Shown here piece after piece: positions 9,098-18,135 of a DNA stretch of 45,021 nt (positions are counted from its first letter, which is position 1; each line of letters opens with the position of its first letter). The notes below the pieces were generated by a model. It saw only the letters and a list, made by a program, of their open reading frames with translations. It was not told the origin of the DNA and did not search any database. The translations under genes and the position numbers were made by a program. This DNA is from a virus (Duplodnaviria > Caudoviricetes), in IMG/VR virus record IMGVR_UViG_3300005805_003838, positions 1 through 45,021 of that record; one strand, given 5' to 3'.

Positions 9098-9409
9098 TCA
9101 CTTCAATCGTTTCACATTAGGACCAAAGATATATAGCGTCTTCTCGTGGAGTTCTTCTATAGAAACATCCTTGAAGAACTCCGTCCCACCATCACCATAG
9201 CGTTGACTTTCGAACACAGAATGTAGACGATTATCAGCCTTTCGCTTTATACTACCTATATCCCAGAGCCCGTAAATTTCCACAGGCTCTGGGTGCGATG
9301 TTTGGAAAGCGCGTTTCCGGCTTTCCAATTGCTTCTTCCCATCAGCTTCACCGATCTTGTATATACCGACGTTGAACTGAGAAGGAACAGCCATCACATA
9401 GATAAGCAT
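9098..9409 (-). CDS. T5orf172/GIY-YIG-like nuclease domain protein
   Basis: IYVM...YKIG...R..AFQTSHP...LH..F...GTEFF pattern; TAATG overlap with the upstream gene. Confidence 0.7.
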   Translation of the reverse strand: MLIYVMAVPSQFNVGIYKIGEADGKKQLESRKRAFQTSHPEPVEIYGLWDIGSIKRKADNRLHSVFESQRYGDGGTEFFKDVSIEELHEKTLYIFGPNVKRLK

Positions 9410-10341
9410 TATGCCGCGTCTTCCGCCTTCCACTCAAGGAATTCGTATGTCAAGTTCACTGAAGAAGTTTGCATGAACTTGGATATACGTTCTTGAGTCT
9501 TAGACTGGAGCTTTTTCACATCCTCATAGTTCTTAAAGTGAAAGATGATATGAGCCTTGGTGCAGCTACGTTCGATCATATTACCAATAGCTTTACCGAG
9601 AGTCTCGTAAATCTTATCCGTTGTCACGACGGCCCAAGTCACTTCAGTTTCATTAGTTTCGCGATCAACCTTGTGACCGTTCAGCTCGGCAACGGTATAC
9701 TGCTTGAAATGAAACTTCTTGTTCTGCATCGAAACGATAGAGTCCTGCTTCACTTTAGTCACAAGCTCACGGATCGTAGCCTTTTCCATCTGTGCAGCTT
9801 CGACCATCACTTCTTGATAATCATCATGATCAATATCTTTACCGTCGATCATGTCATTCATGATGAGATGTTTGATATCACCTTTAGTCATTCCGCGCAC
9901 AATCTTTTCTACGCGATTCATGATAGTACCAACGAGCTTCAGTACCTCAAGACGCTCTGCAGCTTCTGAGGGTAAAAGATCTTCTGAGATGATAGCGATA
10001 GGTGCAGTCTTAAGACCAGGAACGATCTTGCCGTTACGGATAACTTGCTCAAGAGCATGAGCAGTATGATTTCCGTTGATTAGGAAATAACCTTCGTCAT
10101 CTTCAATGACCAAGATAGGATCAGCGAAGTTGATATGCTTGAATACTTTAATCTTGTTCACAATCTCAGAAACGACTTCAACATGAACTTCGTTCTGCTT
10201 AACCTGAAGACGACGACCACTCTTGGTAATAAAGACCACGAGCTGATCACGATCAACCTGTTCATTCTTGAGCGATCCGCTACGATACAGCTTCACGATT
10301 TGCTCAGCCATAGCCAAGCACTTCTTATGCGAAATAGTCAT
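9409..10341 (-). CDS. ParB/Srx-like N-terminal domain protein
   Basis: DPILVIEDDEGYFLINGNHT resembles the ParB-N LIDGxHR motif; start placed at ATG 10341 by GGAG spacing. Confidence 0.55.
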   Translation of the reverse strand: MTISHKKCLAMAEQIVKLYRSGSLKNEQVDRDQLVVFITKSGRRLQVKQNEVHVEVVSEIVNKIKVFKHINFADPILVIEDDEGYFLINGNHTAHALEQVIRNGKIVPGLKTAPIAIISEDLLPSEAAERLEVLKLVGTIMNRVEKIVRGMTKGDIKHLIMNDMIDGKDIDHDDYQEVMVEAAQMEKATIRELVTKVKQDSIVSMQNKKFHFKQYTVAELNGHKVDRETNETEVTWAVVTTDKIYETLGKAIGNMIERSCTKAHIIFHFKNYEDVKKLQSKTQERISKFMQTSSVNLTYEFLEWKAEDAA

Positions 10342-10434
10342 TTTCATACTCCGAGTTTGGCAGACCCAAGGCTTCTGGCGCCTTTTCAAGTTTCTGCCGA
10401 TTAAGTGAGTCGAACCACTCGACTCACTATGATT

Positions 10435-10463
10435 ATATTAGCGGGTAGGTGTTCAAATGTCAA
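10435..10463 (-). promoter_or_regulatory. Sigma70-type promoter for the ParB-like/T5orf172 insertion
   Basis: TTGACA-17 bp-TAATAT. Confidence 0.65.
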
Positions 10464-10466
10464 GAA

Positions 10467-11408
10467 CTATTTGAACTCACAATCGATCATGATTTGGGTC
10501 ATACACGCAGCCAAGTTGATTTCCTGGTCTACGACGAACGCAGCCTTGTATTGATAGTCGGCTAGGGCTAGCACGAGCGGCGGAATGGAGTCTGGCTTCA
10601 TAATCTCCGAAGCAGCGTCATATAGCTTCCTGAACAGCACATTGACATCCATACTGGAGTTCTGGGCTACCCACTTCCGCATATTCTCGAATTCCCGAGC
10701 TTTTAGATACTTTACCAGCTCCCTGATCTCTACATTGTCGACCTGGGCTAGGATACCAGCATCAATCGTGCCGCGAGCAGAATACCGCTGCAACTCATTG
10801 AGAACTCGCCGCCAATCCGGAAAATGCTTCGTGATAATCTGGGCTAGAGCTTTCTTATCGTAGCCTACGCTTTCTGTATCCAGAATACCACACACACGCT
10901 TCATGAACTGAGAAGCTAAGTCAGCCCGTTCCTTCGAGCCAATCTTAAACTCTACGACAGAACAACGAGAGTGGAGAGGATCAATGATACGATTAATAAA
11001 ATTACAAGTAAGAATGAATCCACAATTCGAGGAATACTCTTCCATAAAATTGCGGAGAGCAGGCTGAGTGCTATTCGCGTTGAGATAGTCAGCCTCGTCA
11101 AGGATGACATACTTCCGTCCTCCGGTGAATGAAACAGTCGCAGCAAAATTGCGAATGTCGTTTCTCAGTGTATCAATGTTTCCGTTCATAGATCCATTGA
11201 TGATAATGTAGTCGGCATTGATTTCATCGAGCATCGCTCGCGCGACGGTAGTCTTACCAACGCCTGCTGTTCCAGACAATAAAAGATTAGGGATATTACC
11301 ATCATCTACGAACTTCTGGAATGTTTCCTTCAGATCTTCAGGCAGAATACAATCTGCAATCTTATGGGGTCGATATCGCTCGACCCAGAGGAATTCTTCA
11401 CGCATCAC
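10467..11408 (-). CDS. 44: Clamp loader large subunit (gp44)
   Basis: WVERYRP, GTAGVGKTT, ILDEAD and LHSRC motifs. Confidence 0.97.
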   Translation of the reverse strand: MMREEFLWVERYRPHKIADCILPEDLKETFQKFVDDGNIPNLLLSGTAGVGKTTVARAMLDEINADYIIINGSMNGNIDTLRNDIRNFAATVSFTGGRKYVILDEADYLNANSTQPALRNFMEEYSSNCGFILTCNFINRIIDPLHSRCSVVEFKIGSKERADLASQFMKRVCGILDTESVGYDKKALAQIITKHFPDWRRVLNELQRYSARGTIDAGILAQVDNVEIRELVKYLKAREFENMRKWVAQNSSMDVNVLFRKLYDAASEIMKPDSIPPLVLALADYQYKAAFVVDQEINLAACMTQIMIDCEFK

Positions 11409-11956
11409 GCATTCTCCATGAACTGGACGAGACTTGCTCCGCTATATCCATAGCGAGCATAGGTTGAACCATTGAATTTTGATTTAAGTATACGAGCTAC
11501 ATTTTCATCGAGAAGCTTGAGATCTGTATATGAATTTAGATTATCCGACATACGCCAGATATCATCCCAAGATATGAATTTTACCTTATATGAATGCGAA
11601 TCAATCGTGTATCCGTTTTGTCTAGCTCTTCGAGCGCCAGCATGTTCTTCTTCTGGATGAGAACAATTAGCCAACTCCAGAAAAAATTTCCTCACTCGAG
11701 AATTCGTGCAAAAATGTGATTCGCCAACATAAACGCAATCGGTTTGATTATCGTCCGAAGCATATATAGCGTAAAGACCCGTCGAATGAATAGGCATTCC
11801 GCCTATAATACTCATACTCACAGAAGCATTAATGCTGTCGTTCTTGAAAATAAGTTTCACATCTATCGGATAGAACGGTTGTTCAAGCCCATGCTTTATG
11901 ATTTGATTAACAAGCATGTGTTTTTCATAGCTGATATTATGAACCAGTCGTCTCAT
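11405..11956 (-). CDS. GIY-YIG-like endonuclease (putative homing endonuclease)
   Basis: GLYAIY...CVYVGES...R motif; inserted between genes 45 and 44; start uncertain. Confidence 0.55.
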   Translation of the reverse strand: MRRLVHNISYEKHMLVNQIIKHGLEQPFYPIDVKLIFKNDSINASVSMSIIGGMPIHSTGLYAIYASDDNQTDCVYVGESHFCTNSRVRKFFLELANCSHPEEEHAGARRARQNGYTIDSHSYKVKFISWDDIWRMSDNLNSYTDLKLLDENVARILKSKFNGSTYARYGYSGASLVQFMENA

Positions 11957-11975
11957 ATTAGGTTCCCATACTGTA

Positions 11976-12001
11976 AAGAAGAAGGGGAGCCGAAGCTCCC
12001 C
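11976..12001 (-). terminator. Rho-independent terminator after gene 45
   Basis: GGGGAGC-TTCG-GCTCCCC hairpin (C-UUCG-G tetraloop) followed by TTCTTCTTT. Confidence 0.75.
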
Positions 12002-12009
12002 GTGGTTAC

Positions 12010-12678
12010 TCAAGTATTGTAAGCAGATGATTGCTCGGTCGCAATCCAGTATTCAACATCTCCAGCCTTCGACTTGAAGTGAGAAATACCTTTCGCAGAA
12101 ACGGTAACATCATATTCACGATTCAAGACCTTAAGATTATCAATCTTAAAAATCATACGATAGTTTACGCTAGATTCACCAACTTGGTAATCAAACGTAT
12201 TAGAACCATCGTTCCGAGAATCAATCGCAGAAAGATACGCTCGCCCTTCCTTACCAACAAGAGCTAACTCTGGAAGACCCAGAACTCCCGCTGCACGCAA
12301 AGCCGATTGAAGCGCATCCGCGTCTAGCGTGAAATTAATCTCCGTAGATGGTAGATTAATTTCCTTAGACGAGGGCGATTGAATCAAATCACTCTTGGCA
12401 TAACGCAAGATAGTCCTAGCTTTGCCATTAGAGATTGTGAGCGATTCTTTACCAAGATCAATATCCGGATCTTCGAACATTGTCACAGTACTGATGAACT
12501 GAGACAAATCGTAGATAGCGAACTCCGTATCGAACGATTCGGATATGTTAGCCTTAGCCAATACAGTTTTCTGTGGACTCACAGTCTTCTGCACTGATCC
12601 AGACTGAAAAAGCAGTGACGGATTGATAGCCGCAAAGTTCTTCAGGATTTCAGTGGTTTCTTTAGAAAGCTTCATCAT
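12010..12678 (-). CDS. 45: Sliding clamp (gp45)
   Basis: MKLSKETTEILKNFAAIN, FAIYDLSQF and YWIATE motifs. Confidence 0.96.
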   Translation of the reverse strand: MMKLSKETTEILKNFAAINPSLLFQSGSVQKTVSPQKTVLAKANISESFDTEFAIYDLSQFISTVTMFEDPDIDLGKESLTISNGKARTILRYAKSDLIQSPSSKEINLPSTEINFTLDADALQSALRAAGVLGLPELALVGKEGRAYLSAIDSRNDGSNTFDYQVGESSVNYRMIFKIDNLKVLNREYDVTVSAKGISHFKSKAGDVEYWIATEQSSAYNT

Positions 12679-12695
12679 TTATTCCTCCAAGCATT

Positions 12696-12724
12696 ACTAT
12701 ATCAGTATACATGCTATATGTCAA
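12696..12724 (-). promoter_or_regulatory. Sigma70-type promoter for gene 45
   Basis: TTGACA-17 bp-TATAGT with extended TG; GGAGG SD. Confidence 0.75.
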
Positions 12725-12725
12725 A

Positions 12726-13616
12726 TCATTTCCTCTTCTTGAGCTTCTGCTTCTGCTTCAACTTAGTCATATTTGGCATAGACGATTCATCAGCAGTAGC
12801 ACCAGCTCCGATTTGAGCAAGATCCATAAGAGATCCGCCAAACACATACGAACCAGTATGCTGCAACTTCATCCACGGACACAGCCAAACCTTAAGACCA
12901 ATCTCCTGAGCCTTTTGGCAGAACCAATAGTCTTCAGAAAGATATCGCTTTGACACAGGATCAACTTCAGCTTGGAAAGCCATCAAGATTTCGCGCGAAC
13001 CATCGAAGTGTTCCGTGCGAACGTGATCGGGCTTGTAGTAATATTGAGGGAACGAAGAAGCAAACTTCTCGAGTGAATCGCGACGGATCATCATGAATCC
13101 AGTGCCACCCTCAAGAACTTCTACTGGCTCATCGAGAGCAATAGATCCAGATCCTTCCTTCGGATTGAACACATAGTCGCCGACATACTTCTCTAGATTA
13201 GAAGGATCTTTATCAGCGAATCCCTTATCGACTGCACGCTTGATCTTTTCCCAAGCAATACATTTCTTAGGATAAGGTCCGCAAACAATATCCTTGTCTG
13301 TGTTTTCCTTAGCGATAACCGAAAGCGCGATAACATCGTTGGCATCAAATCCGATATCAGAATCGATGAACATCAGATGCGTGCAATCAGAACGCAGAAA
13401 CTCGTCTACGAGATAGTTTCGCGCACGAGTGATTAGTGATTCGTTGAACAGATAGAAGAATCTAACGTCCATTCCGTACTGAGCAGCCATTGCAGAAAGA
13501 TCTGCTGTAGACTTACAATACTGTCCGCCGCAGATTCCGCCGTACATAGGTGTCGCGATAAAAATCTTATTCTTACGCAAGTCTTCGATAGATACTGAAA
13601 TTTCAATAGAGGCCAT
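12726..13616 (-). CDS. GT-A fold glycosyltransferase-like protein
   Basis: IFIATPMYGG, NESLITRARN, FIDSDI (DxD), GTGFMMI and YLSEDYWFC motifs. Confidence 0.7.
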   Translation of the reverse strand: MASIEISVSIEDLRKNKIFIATPMYGGICGGQYCKSTADLSAMAAQYGMDVRFFYLFNESLITRARNYLVDEFLRSDCTHLMFIDSDIGFDANDVIALSVIAKENTDKDIVCGPYPKKCIAWEKIKRAVDKGFADKDPSNLEKYVGDYVFNPKEGSGSIALDEPVEVLEGGTGFMMIRRDSLEKFASSFPQYYYKPDHVRTEHFDGSREILMAFQAEVDPVSKRYLSEDYWFCQKAQEIGLKVWLCPWMKLQHTGSYVFGGSLMDLAQIGAGATADESSMPNMTKLKQKQKLKKRK

Positions 13617-13655
13617 AACTACTCCAATCCTTAGATACTATTATATATGCTCGCA

Positions 13656-13895
13656 TCAGAGCATTTCTTTGATTTCAGCTTGCTTTTTTTTCCAACGAAG
13701 AACTGCTTGCTGATGATTCAGTCGACGCTTGATTGATGGCTTCGTATAATGCTCACGATCAGCCAAGTCTCGCAAAAGATTTTCTCGCTGGATTTTCTTC
13801 TTCAATACACGAAGAGCACCATTGACGTCATTGTTTCGAACAGTAACATAAATGCCCTTGAGAGATTCCCAGGGCTCACGATTATCGATAGACAA
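13656..13895 (-). CDS. rpsU: 30S ribosomal protein bS21 homolog
   Basis: VTVRNNDVNGALRVLKKKIQRE..L..L..REHYTKPSIKRR matches the S21 signature; TTG start after GGAG. Confidence 0.88.
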   Translation of the reverse strand: MSIDNREPWESLKGIYVTVRNNDVNGALRVLKKKIQRENLLRDLADREHYTKPSIKRRLNHQQAVLRWKKKQAEIKEML

Positions 13896-13910
13896 TTATT
13901 TAAACTCCAT

Positions 13911-13941
13911 AAAAATGTGGGAGGGGAATTGATCCCCTCCC
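13911..13941 (-). terminator. Rho-independent terminator
   Basis: GGGAGGGGA-tcaat-TCCCCTCCC stem followed by ACATTTTT. Confidence 0.65.
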
Positions 13942-13950
13942 TTATATAGC

Positions 13951-14214
13951 TTACGCAGCGTGCGTGAACGCCGCAGTACCGATGGTAGCGTACGCAGCAG
14001 CAACCATTGCACGAGAAGGCGTGCCGAGACGATACTTCAGAGTGACTTCACCCTTCGAGTTGGTATGCTCATTGAGATAGACCGCATAGCCCTTCTCGCG
14101 AAGAGAACGAACAACCTCATGAGGATTACCTACACTGTAGCGAGAACGAATCTGAGCAGCGGTAAGTTGCTCACCAGAACGAAGAGCAGCGAGAACAGAA
14201 TCAGTCTTAGTCAT
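13951..14214 (-). CDS. Small winged-helix DNA-binding protein
   Basis: VLAALRSGEQLTAAQI...VRSLREKGYAVY...YRLG wHTH pattern. Confidence 0.7.
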   Translation of the reverse strand: MTKTDSVLAALRSGEQLTAAQIRSRYSVGNPHEVVRSLREKGYAVYLNEHTNSKGEVTLKYRLGTPSRAMVAAAYATIGTAAFTHAA

Positions 14215-14252
14215 AAAATATACTCCATAGTCAGTTTGGTGGTTAGAATAAC

Positions 14253-15476
14253 TCAGAAATTGATTTCCCGAGTTTTCTCTGCTCCGTCGGTCGGATCGGT
14301 AGCAAGAGATTCAGTTACAGGATTGATCGTAGGATCAACCTTGGTATACAAGTCGAGGAACGCAGTCTTAGTTTCCTCATCGAAGCGATTGATACAGAAA
14401 CGGATAGCCTTGGTACGATCGCCAATCATACGATACGTATGAGCGATATGAACGAGACGACGAGTTGAAATAAGTTCGTCGATCGCGCCTTCAACGAAGG
14501 TCTTACGAATAATCTCAGACCATACGGTCAAGTGATCAATGAATGATTTATCATCTTCAGTCATTGTACCATCATTGAGATAGTTTGTCAAGATCTTTTT
14601 CTCGACACTGGGAGCGGGATATTCTTGCTCGATGGTGATAGGGAAACGCTCCAGCCAAGCGTCGTCGAGCATAGTAGCAGCAACATAGCGACCATCATCA
14701 GAACCACGACCCTTCGTGTTGGCTGTAACAATTATGTTGAAGCCTGGAGCAGGATATACGATCTCACCAGTCTTCTTCATGAAGTATGGCTTGCCTTCGA
14801 GGATGCCCTGAAGACACATAGCTTTACCGGGATCAGCACGATCCGCTTCGTCGATCAGCAGAAGAGCGCCAAGCTCCATAGCCTGAAGGACTGGGCCCTT
14901 GAGGAACTTAGTCTCGCCTTGAATGAGACGGAAGCCACCGATCAAATCATCTTCGTCGGTCTCGCGCGACATCTGCACGCGAATCATCGGGCGCTGGGTC
15001 TTAGCGCAAACCTGCTCGACCATGAAGGTCTTACCATTGCCCGAGTGACCCGAGATGAACACAGGGAAGAATTTGCCAGAAGCAACGATCTTCTCGATCA
15101 TCCTGAACTCACCGAACGGCACATAGTTAGAATCTTTCTTGGGAACATGAGCATAATCATGTTCTGAAATGGCGTTAGGATTGAACTTATTATCCACAGG
15201 CTTCTCGCGACGAATAGGCACAATATCTGCAGCCATTGCTGCAATCGATTCCTTCTCAACAACAGGAGCCTTGGGAGCTGACTGCATATTCATAGCAGGA
15301 AGCTTGTACGTACCGCGCCCGACGCGATACGCTGGCTTATACAGCCAATGATGATCGCTGCCGCTGATAGCATTCTTCTCTGCAAGAGAAACAAGATCTG
15401 CCACAGCTACAACAGCTTCAACGCCAAACTTCTCGGTAGCCATCTCAAGAAACTTGATTTGATTCGCCTTAACCAT
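14253..15476 (-). CDS. MoxR/CobS-like AAA+ ATPase
   Basis: GHSGNGKT Walker A, LLIDEAD Walker B, TANTKGRG and LERF. Confidence 0.9.
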   Translation of the reverse strand: MVKANQIKFLEMATEKFGVEAVVAVADLVSLAEKNAISGSDHHWLYKPAYRVGRGTYKLPAMNMQSAPKAPVVEKESIAAMAADIVPIRREKPVDNKFNPNAISEHDYAHVPKKDSNYVPFGEFRMIEKIVASGKFFPVFISGHSGNGKTFMVEQVCAKTQRPMIRVQMSRETDEDDLIGGFRLIQGETKFLKGPVLQAMELGALLLIDEADRADPGKAMCLQGILEGKPYFMKKTGEIVYPAPGFNIIVTANTKGRGSDDGRYVAATMLDDAWLERFPITIEQEYPAPSVEKKILTNYLNDGTMTEDDKSFIDHLTVWSEIIRKTFVEGAIDELISTRRLVHIAHTYRMIGDRTKAIRFCINRFDEETKTAFLDLYTKVDPTINPVTESLATDPTDGAEKTREINF

Positions 15477-15505
15477 TAGATTCACCTTTCTTCATCATAT
15501 AGTTT

Positions 15506-15534
15506 ATTATATCATAGGGTAGAGCGGTTGTCAA
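15506..15534 (-). promoter_or_regulatory. Consensus sigma70 early promoter
   Basis: TTGACA-17 bp-TATAAT with extended TG. Confidence 0.85.
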
Positions 15535-15537
15535 GAA

Positions 15538-15693
15538 CTAAATTCGTTCGATCATGGGCTTGCCTACGAGCTTTGCGCCCAACATAAGCAGTTCCCTCAT
15601 AAAGACAAAGGCGTCCTTAAGATAGCGAAACGTAGCGAACTCATCGCTGAGCAACTTATCTTCGTTCTTGAGCGTATAAGAAACCTTGAACAT
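15538..15693 (-). CDS. Small early protein, 51 aa (below the ORF track cutoff)
   Basis: MFKVSYTLKNEDKLLSDEFATFRYLKDAFVFMRELLMLGAKLVGKPMIERI; GAGGAG SD and its own promoter. Confidence 0.7.
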   Translation of the reverse strand: MFKVSYTLKNEDKLLSDEFATFRYLKDAFVFMRELLMLGAKLVGKPMIERI

Positions 15694-15721
15694 CGACTTC
15701 TCCTCTTTTCATCCTAAGACT

Positions 15722-15750
15722 ATTATATAGTATCGACGAACAGCTGTCAA
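15722..15750 (-). promoter_or_regulatory. Consensus sigma70 early promoter
   Basis: TTGACA-17 bp-TATAAT. Confidence 0.85.
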
Positions 15751-15768
15751 GCCCTATTTAAACCGCTG

Positions 15769-18090
15769 CTACACAGCGATTTTTTCGATGAATCTTGACA
15801 GAACGACTCTTGAAGCGCCACGTTTATTCTGAGCGCCAATGAATGCTTTGGCTAACTGATTCTTCGTAAGTTCATGAGAAGAACCTAAATTAGTTTGCTG
15901 GGCTTGCAATTTCTTTCCGCCTTGTATCATATAGAACTCGCTGAAGTTCAGCATATTGGGCACAATGACAGAACCTTCTTTTCTAAACTTCGTGATAAAA
16001 GTATCGTAAGTATACGAGGCTGAAGCATATCTATAGAGCGCGCTGCGAACTTCATGCGTCGAAGAAGTGATATAGAAGCCTATGAAGTTGATATCTTGCG
16101 ACTCTCGAATGATACGAGCATACATTCCCGTAATATCAAAGGCTCCTCCGAACGCGACGGTAGTCTGCATACGAGATTCTTCATCGACGAAGATATTCGA
16201 TACGTTAGAAGATCTTCCCACATTGTAGGGAAAAGCCTTTACGAATGATTTAATCTGTCCAGAATTAATAACAGTAGGAGAAACATAAGTGGCTGGATCA
16301 GATTCTCCATCCGTGATACAAACGAAGTTCAAGATCTGAATATTCTTTTCCTTGCGGAACTTTCTCAGCAGGTCGCGCGAAACAAGCAAAGCACTGTTCA
16401 GCGGAGTAGAGCCTAGCTCGAAGCACCGCATACGATTGGTATAACCTAACATATCACTGGCATAAGACCTCGCGCTATCATATCCCTTTCCTGACGTATA
16501 GTCGTCCGGAACCCCATAATCATGATACGTTGCTGCATACAACAATGCGCCCGTCATGGTGTTGAACTCTTTCAGGCTCATCTTTTCGTGGAACATTTCC
16601 ACGAGATCAAATTCTGCATCGGGATAAACGAACGGCTTGTTGTTGAGGCGTCGCATGATTCGATCGCTATCAGCGTTCTTTATGTCACTTAGACTGGCCG
16701 CTGGTTTACCTGCAATATAATGCGCGGTCTGACCCATCACATTGGTGAATCCATAGAATCTATGCGGTATACCCACACGGCGACAGAACATAGCCAAGCA
16801 AATGAGCTGATCCACAGCTCCTCGGAAATTCTGAGTCATAGATCCAGACATATCCAGATAACATACGATTCCGTGATTCTTGCCAGAAGGCTCGATTGTC
16901 AATCTACGAAAGATATCATCGTTGAACTTGTATGAATGGATCTTGTTTGTGTCTATCGTTCCCGTACGAGCTTGCTTAGAACGCGAATATGAAATAGCCG
17001 CTTTCTTCATCTCGAATTCTTTGACCATATAATTGATCGCGCTATTATTCTGAATCCTAAACTTAGTCAGGAGCAGATTGCGATAGGCTAAAGCTTCCTT
17101 AGGCCTGGCTGCTCCGGAAAAAGACGTCTGGATTATTTCCAGGACAGCACGATAGTCGTATAGGAAATTCTCATATGAAATATCCTTCGGGAAGATGATA
17201 TATTTGAATTCGCGATTAGACAAAGAAGGATCCAGGAGTTCTTCCATGCGATCATTCATAGCAGAGTCGGTCTTAGCTTCATCGATATTAACTGATTTAT
17301 CAATAGCCGGATTAGAATCGCTAGCCTCTACATCGGAGTCTTCACCATTCTCCTCCGGATCAGAATCTCCATCATCGCCGTCAGACTCATAATCGTCGGT
17401 TTCTTCGCCGTCTTCAGATTCCAACTCTGCAAGCATATTTTTGGCTTGCTCGTTCATATCATCTTGCTTCTTATCCTTGACGTAAGCAAAGAGATCGCGC
17501 GAGAGAGCGACTACGTCATCGAACGTGATAGTTGTTTCGGCTCTAGTGACAAACGCTCGCTCTTCTTCCGTGAACTTAATACGGACTTTCGTGCCAATCT
17601 TGAAGTAGAGATTGATACGATCGATCAGCGAAAGATTGTCGATGTTATCGTTCTTGATCTGGAAGAAATCGTTATTGTGCAACCAATCGTAGCCATCAAC
17701 GAAATCTCGACGAGATCCAGGAAACTTGATCTTTACCTTACGCTCGATACGAGCGTCTTCAACGACGTTCATATAGCCCTGAAAGATCTTGGACACTCGC
17801 GCAGGATTGCTAGAGTCGTCTTCCTTCTCAGTATTATCCAGGGCTTCTTTCCAAGCATCAAGAGGCGTTTCCAGCGCATGACCGATCTCGTGCAGCACAA
17901 GCATATGATACAGAGACTCGGTCATTTCCTGCCACATAGGGAGAGCAAGAATACGATTCTTCATATCAAAGTGAGCCGTCTTGATAGGGCGATGCTCGAT
18001 CATAATATTCTCGGAAGCTAGAAGCTTCGCGAGTTTATCGAGCGATCCGGGCTTAACCATTGCTACAGCCATAACGTTCTCCTTCACCAT
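15769..18090 (-). CDS. CobT-like metallopeptidase/VWA domain protein (partner of the MoxR ATPase)
   Basis: HEIGH (HExxH) and NVVEDARIE at the N-terminus, an acidic linker, MIDAS DMSGSM, GSTPL and ITDGE; may start at 18072. Confidence 0.85.
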   Translation of the reverse strand: MVKENVMAVAMVKPGSLDKLAKLLASENIMIEHRPIKTAHFDMKNRILALPMWQEMTESLYHMLVLHEIGHALETPLDAWKEALDNTEKEDDSSNPARVSKIFQGYMNVVEDARIERKVKIKFPGSRRDFVDGYDWLHNNDFFQIKNDNIDNLSLIDRINLYFKIGTKVRIKFTEEERAFVTRAETTITFDDVVALSRDLFAYVKDKKQDDMNEQAKNMLAELESEDGEETDDYESDGDDGDSDPEENGEDSDVEASDSNPAIDKSVNIDEAKTDSAMNDRMEELLDPSLSNREFKYIIFPKDISYENFLYDYRAVLEIIQTSFSGAARPKEALAYRNLLLTKFRIQNNSAINYMVKEFEMKKAAISYSRSKQARTGTIDTNKIHSYKFNDDIFRRLTIEPSGKNHGIVCYLDMSGSMTQNFRGAVDQLICLAMFCRRVGIPHRFYGFTNVMGQTAHYIAGKPAASLSDIKNADSDRIMRRLNNKPFVYPDAEFDLVEMFHEKMSLKEFNTMTGALLYAATYHDYGVPDDYTSGKGYDSARSYASDMLGYTNRMRCFELGSTPLNSALLVSRDLLRKFRKEKNIQILNFVCITDGESDPATYVSPTVINSGQIKSFVKAFPYNVGRSSNVSNIFVDEESRMQTTVAFGGAFDITGMYARIIRESQDINFIGFYITSSTHEVRSALYRYASASYTYDTFITKFRKEGSVIVPNMLNFSEFYMIQGGKKLQAQQTNLGSSHELTKNQLAKAFIGAQNKRGASRVVLSRFIEKIAV

Positions 18091-18096
18091 TTACTA

Positions 18097-18125
18097 ATGA
18101 TAGCACAATGGCGTCTAATTGTCAA
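18097..18125 (-). promoter_or_regulatory. Sigma70-type early promoter
   Basis: TTGACA-17 bp-TATCAT with extended TG. Confidence 0.75.
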
Positions 18126-18135
18126 GGGTGGTTTC

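Noticed and set aside
10404-10428. tRNA, suggested by a GGTTCGACTC T-loop-like sequence on the minus strand
   Set aside because: No cloverleaf, D-arm or acceptor stem; it is a simple hairpin.
14253-18090. Cobalamin biosynthesis (cobS/cobT) auxiliary metabolic genes
   Set aside because: A generic MoxR/VWA pair with an HExxH domain; no cobN or other cob genes are present.
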